Shown here: piece after piece, positions 63,689 to 64,000 of the stretch
How the letters are laid out: each line of letters begins with the position of its first letter
Numbering within the stretch: position 1 is the first letter of the stretch
Assembly: GCA_964399545.1 (NCBI GenBank)
Contig: CAYNRG010000004.1
Span: forward strand, 16,735 to 80,734
Length of the DNA: 64,000 nucleotides
DNA from: an uncultured Erysipelotrichaceae bacterium
Lineage (GTDB): Bacteria > Bacillota_I > Bacilli_A > Erysipelotrichales > Erysipelotrichaceae
Direction: 5' to 3'
The notes under the pieces: model-generated
Told to the model about the DNA's origin: nothing
Databases searched by the model: none
The model's input: the letters and a program-made list of their open reading frames with translations, nothing else
Program-made: the position numbers and the translations under genes

Positions 63689-64000
63689 ATGAAATTACTG
63701 TCGATTGTTGTCCCGTGCTATAACGAGAAAGAAACTGTCTTCTTATTTTTTGAAGCAGTTCAAAAAGTGTTAGCTGAAATGAGTATGAGCTATGAAGTTA
63801 TTTTCATTAATGATGGCTCAAAGGATACAACATTAGAAGAATGTGTTAAATTATATGAACAATTTCCAGATAGAGTTCGCATAGTGGACTTTAGTCGCAA
63901 TTTTGGAAAAGAAAGTGGATTATTAGCTGGACTAGAATATGCTAAGGGAGATTACATTACAGTGATGGATGCAGATTTGCAAGATCCACCCTATTTATTG
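63689..64000 (+). CDS. GtrB/CsbB-like GT2 polyprenyl-phosphate glycosyltransferase; 3' end cut by window edge
   Basis: LSIVVPCYNE.., ..FINDGSKD.., ..SRNFGKE.., ..DADLQDPP.. are hallmarks of the bactoprenol-phosphate glycosyltransferase subgroup. The frame is open to base 64000. Confidence 0.8.
   Translation, partial: MKLLSIVVPCYNEKETVFLFFEAVQKVLAEMSMSYEVIFINDGSKDTTLEECVKLYEQFPDRVRIVDFSRNFGKESGLLAGLEYAKGDYITVMDADLQDPPYLL

Noticed and set aside
1-64000. CRISPR arrays, rRNA genes, IS elements, prophage or integrase genes, toxin-antitoxin pairs, recognisable defence systems
   Set aside because: None was recognised on either strand. The only tandem repeat is the 48-bp coding repeat at 8905-9012. 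A systematic repeat or HMM scan was not possible, so small or degenerate elements could have been missed.

Overview
AT-rich chromosomal segment from a low-GC Gram-positive bacterium (Bacillota). This is supported by a T-box leader, a THF riboswitch in front of an ECF-type folT, a lipobox lipoprotein, PTS genes and AdhE. The gene content suggests a gut-type anaerobe, but no finer taxonomy can be supported from sequence alone. Gene order, left to right: (1) 1-5988, a pectin/rhamnogalacturonan utilisation block (GH105, two ABC sugar permeases, GH28, TIM-barrel isomerase, YesL). (2) 6395-11226, an OmpR-type two-component system, a small tail-anchored protein and an 818-aa beta-helix surface protein with an acidic tandem repeat. 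(3) 11470-28338, housekeeping genes (aminotransferase, THF riboswitch with folT, U32 pair, two TrmH methyltransferases, adhE, M3 oligoendopeptidase, acylphosphatase, TauE, Ca-type P-ATPase). (4) 28400-35677, a LicR-like regulator and a divergent PTS cellobiose-family operon that also carries an M81 (MlrC-like) peptidase, an MFS transporter and CutC. (5) 35728-39406, a Phe T-box leader with pheST. (6) 39660-45256, small accessory genes (ClbS/DfsB-like, ABC-2 exporter, RluA, Cof phosphatase), tRNA-Arg(CCG) and a MarR regulator. (7) 45586-52528, a tightly coupled eight-gene Tad/Flp-like pilus operon. It includes a 49-aa pilin gene missing from the ORF track, two further pilin-like proteins with the same N-terminal register, and an 861-aa orphan exoprotein. 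No prepilin peptidase or TadZ is present. (8) 52591-64000, a cell-envelope glycan locus (CapF-like enzyme, membrane-anchored GH9, HAD, GT-C-like protein, GtrA, GT2/GT4/GT2, Wzy/O-antigen-ligase-like protein, GtrB-like GT2 cut by the window end). No CRISPR array, rRNA, transposase or integrase was recognised. The atypical Tad-like operon is the best candidate for an undescribed system. All functional calls rest on motif and family recognition by eye, not on database searches.
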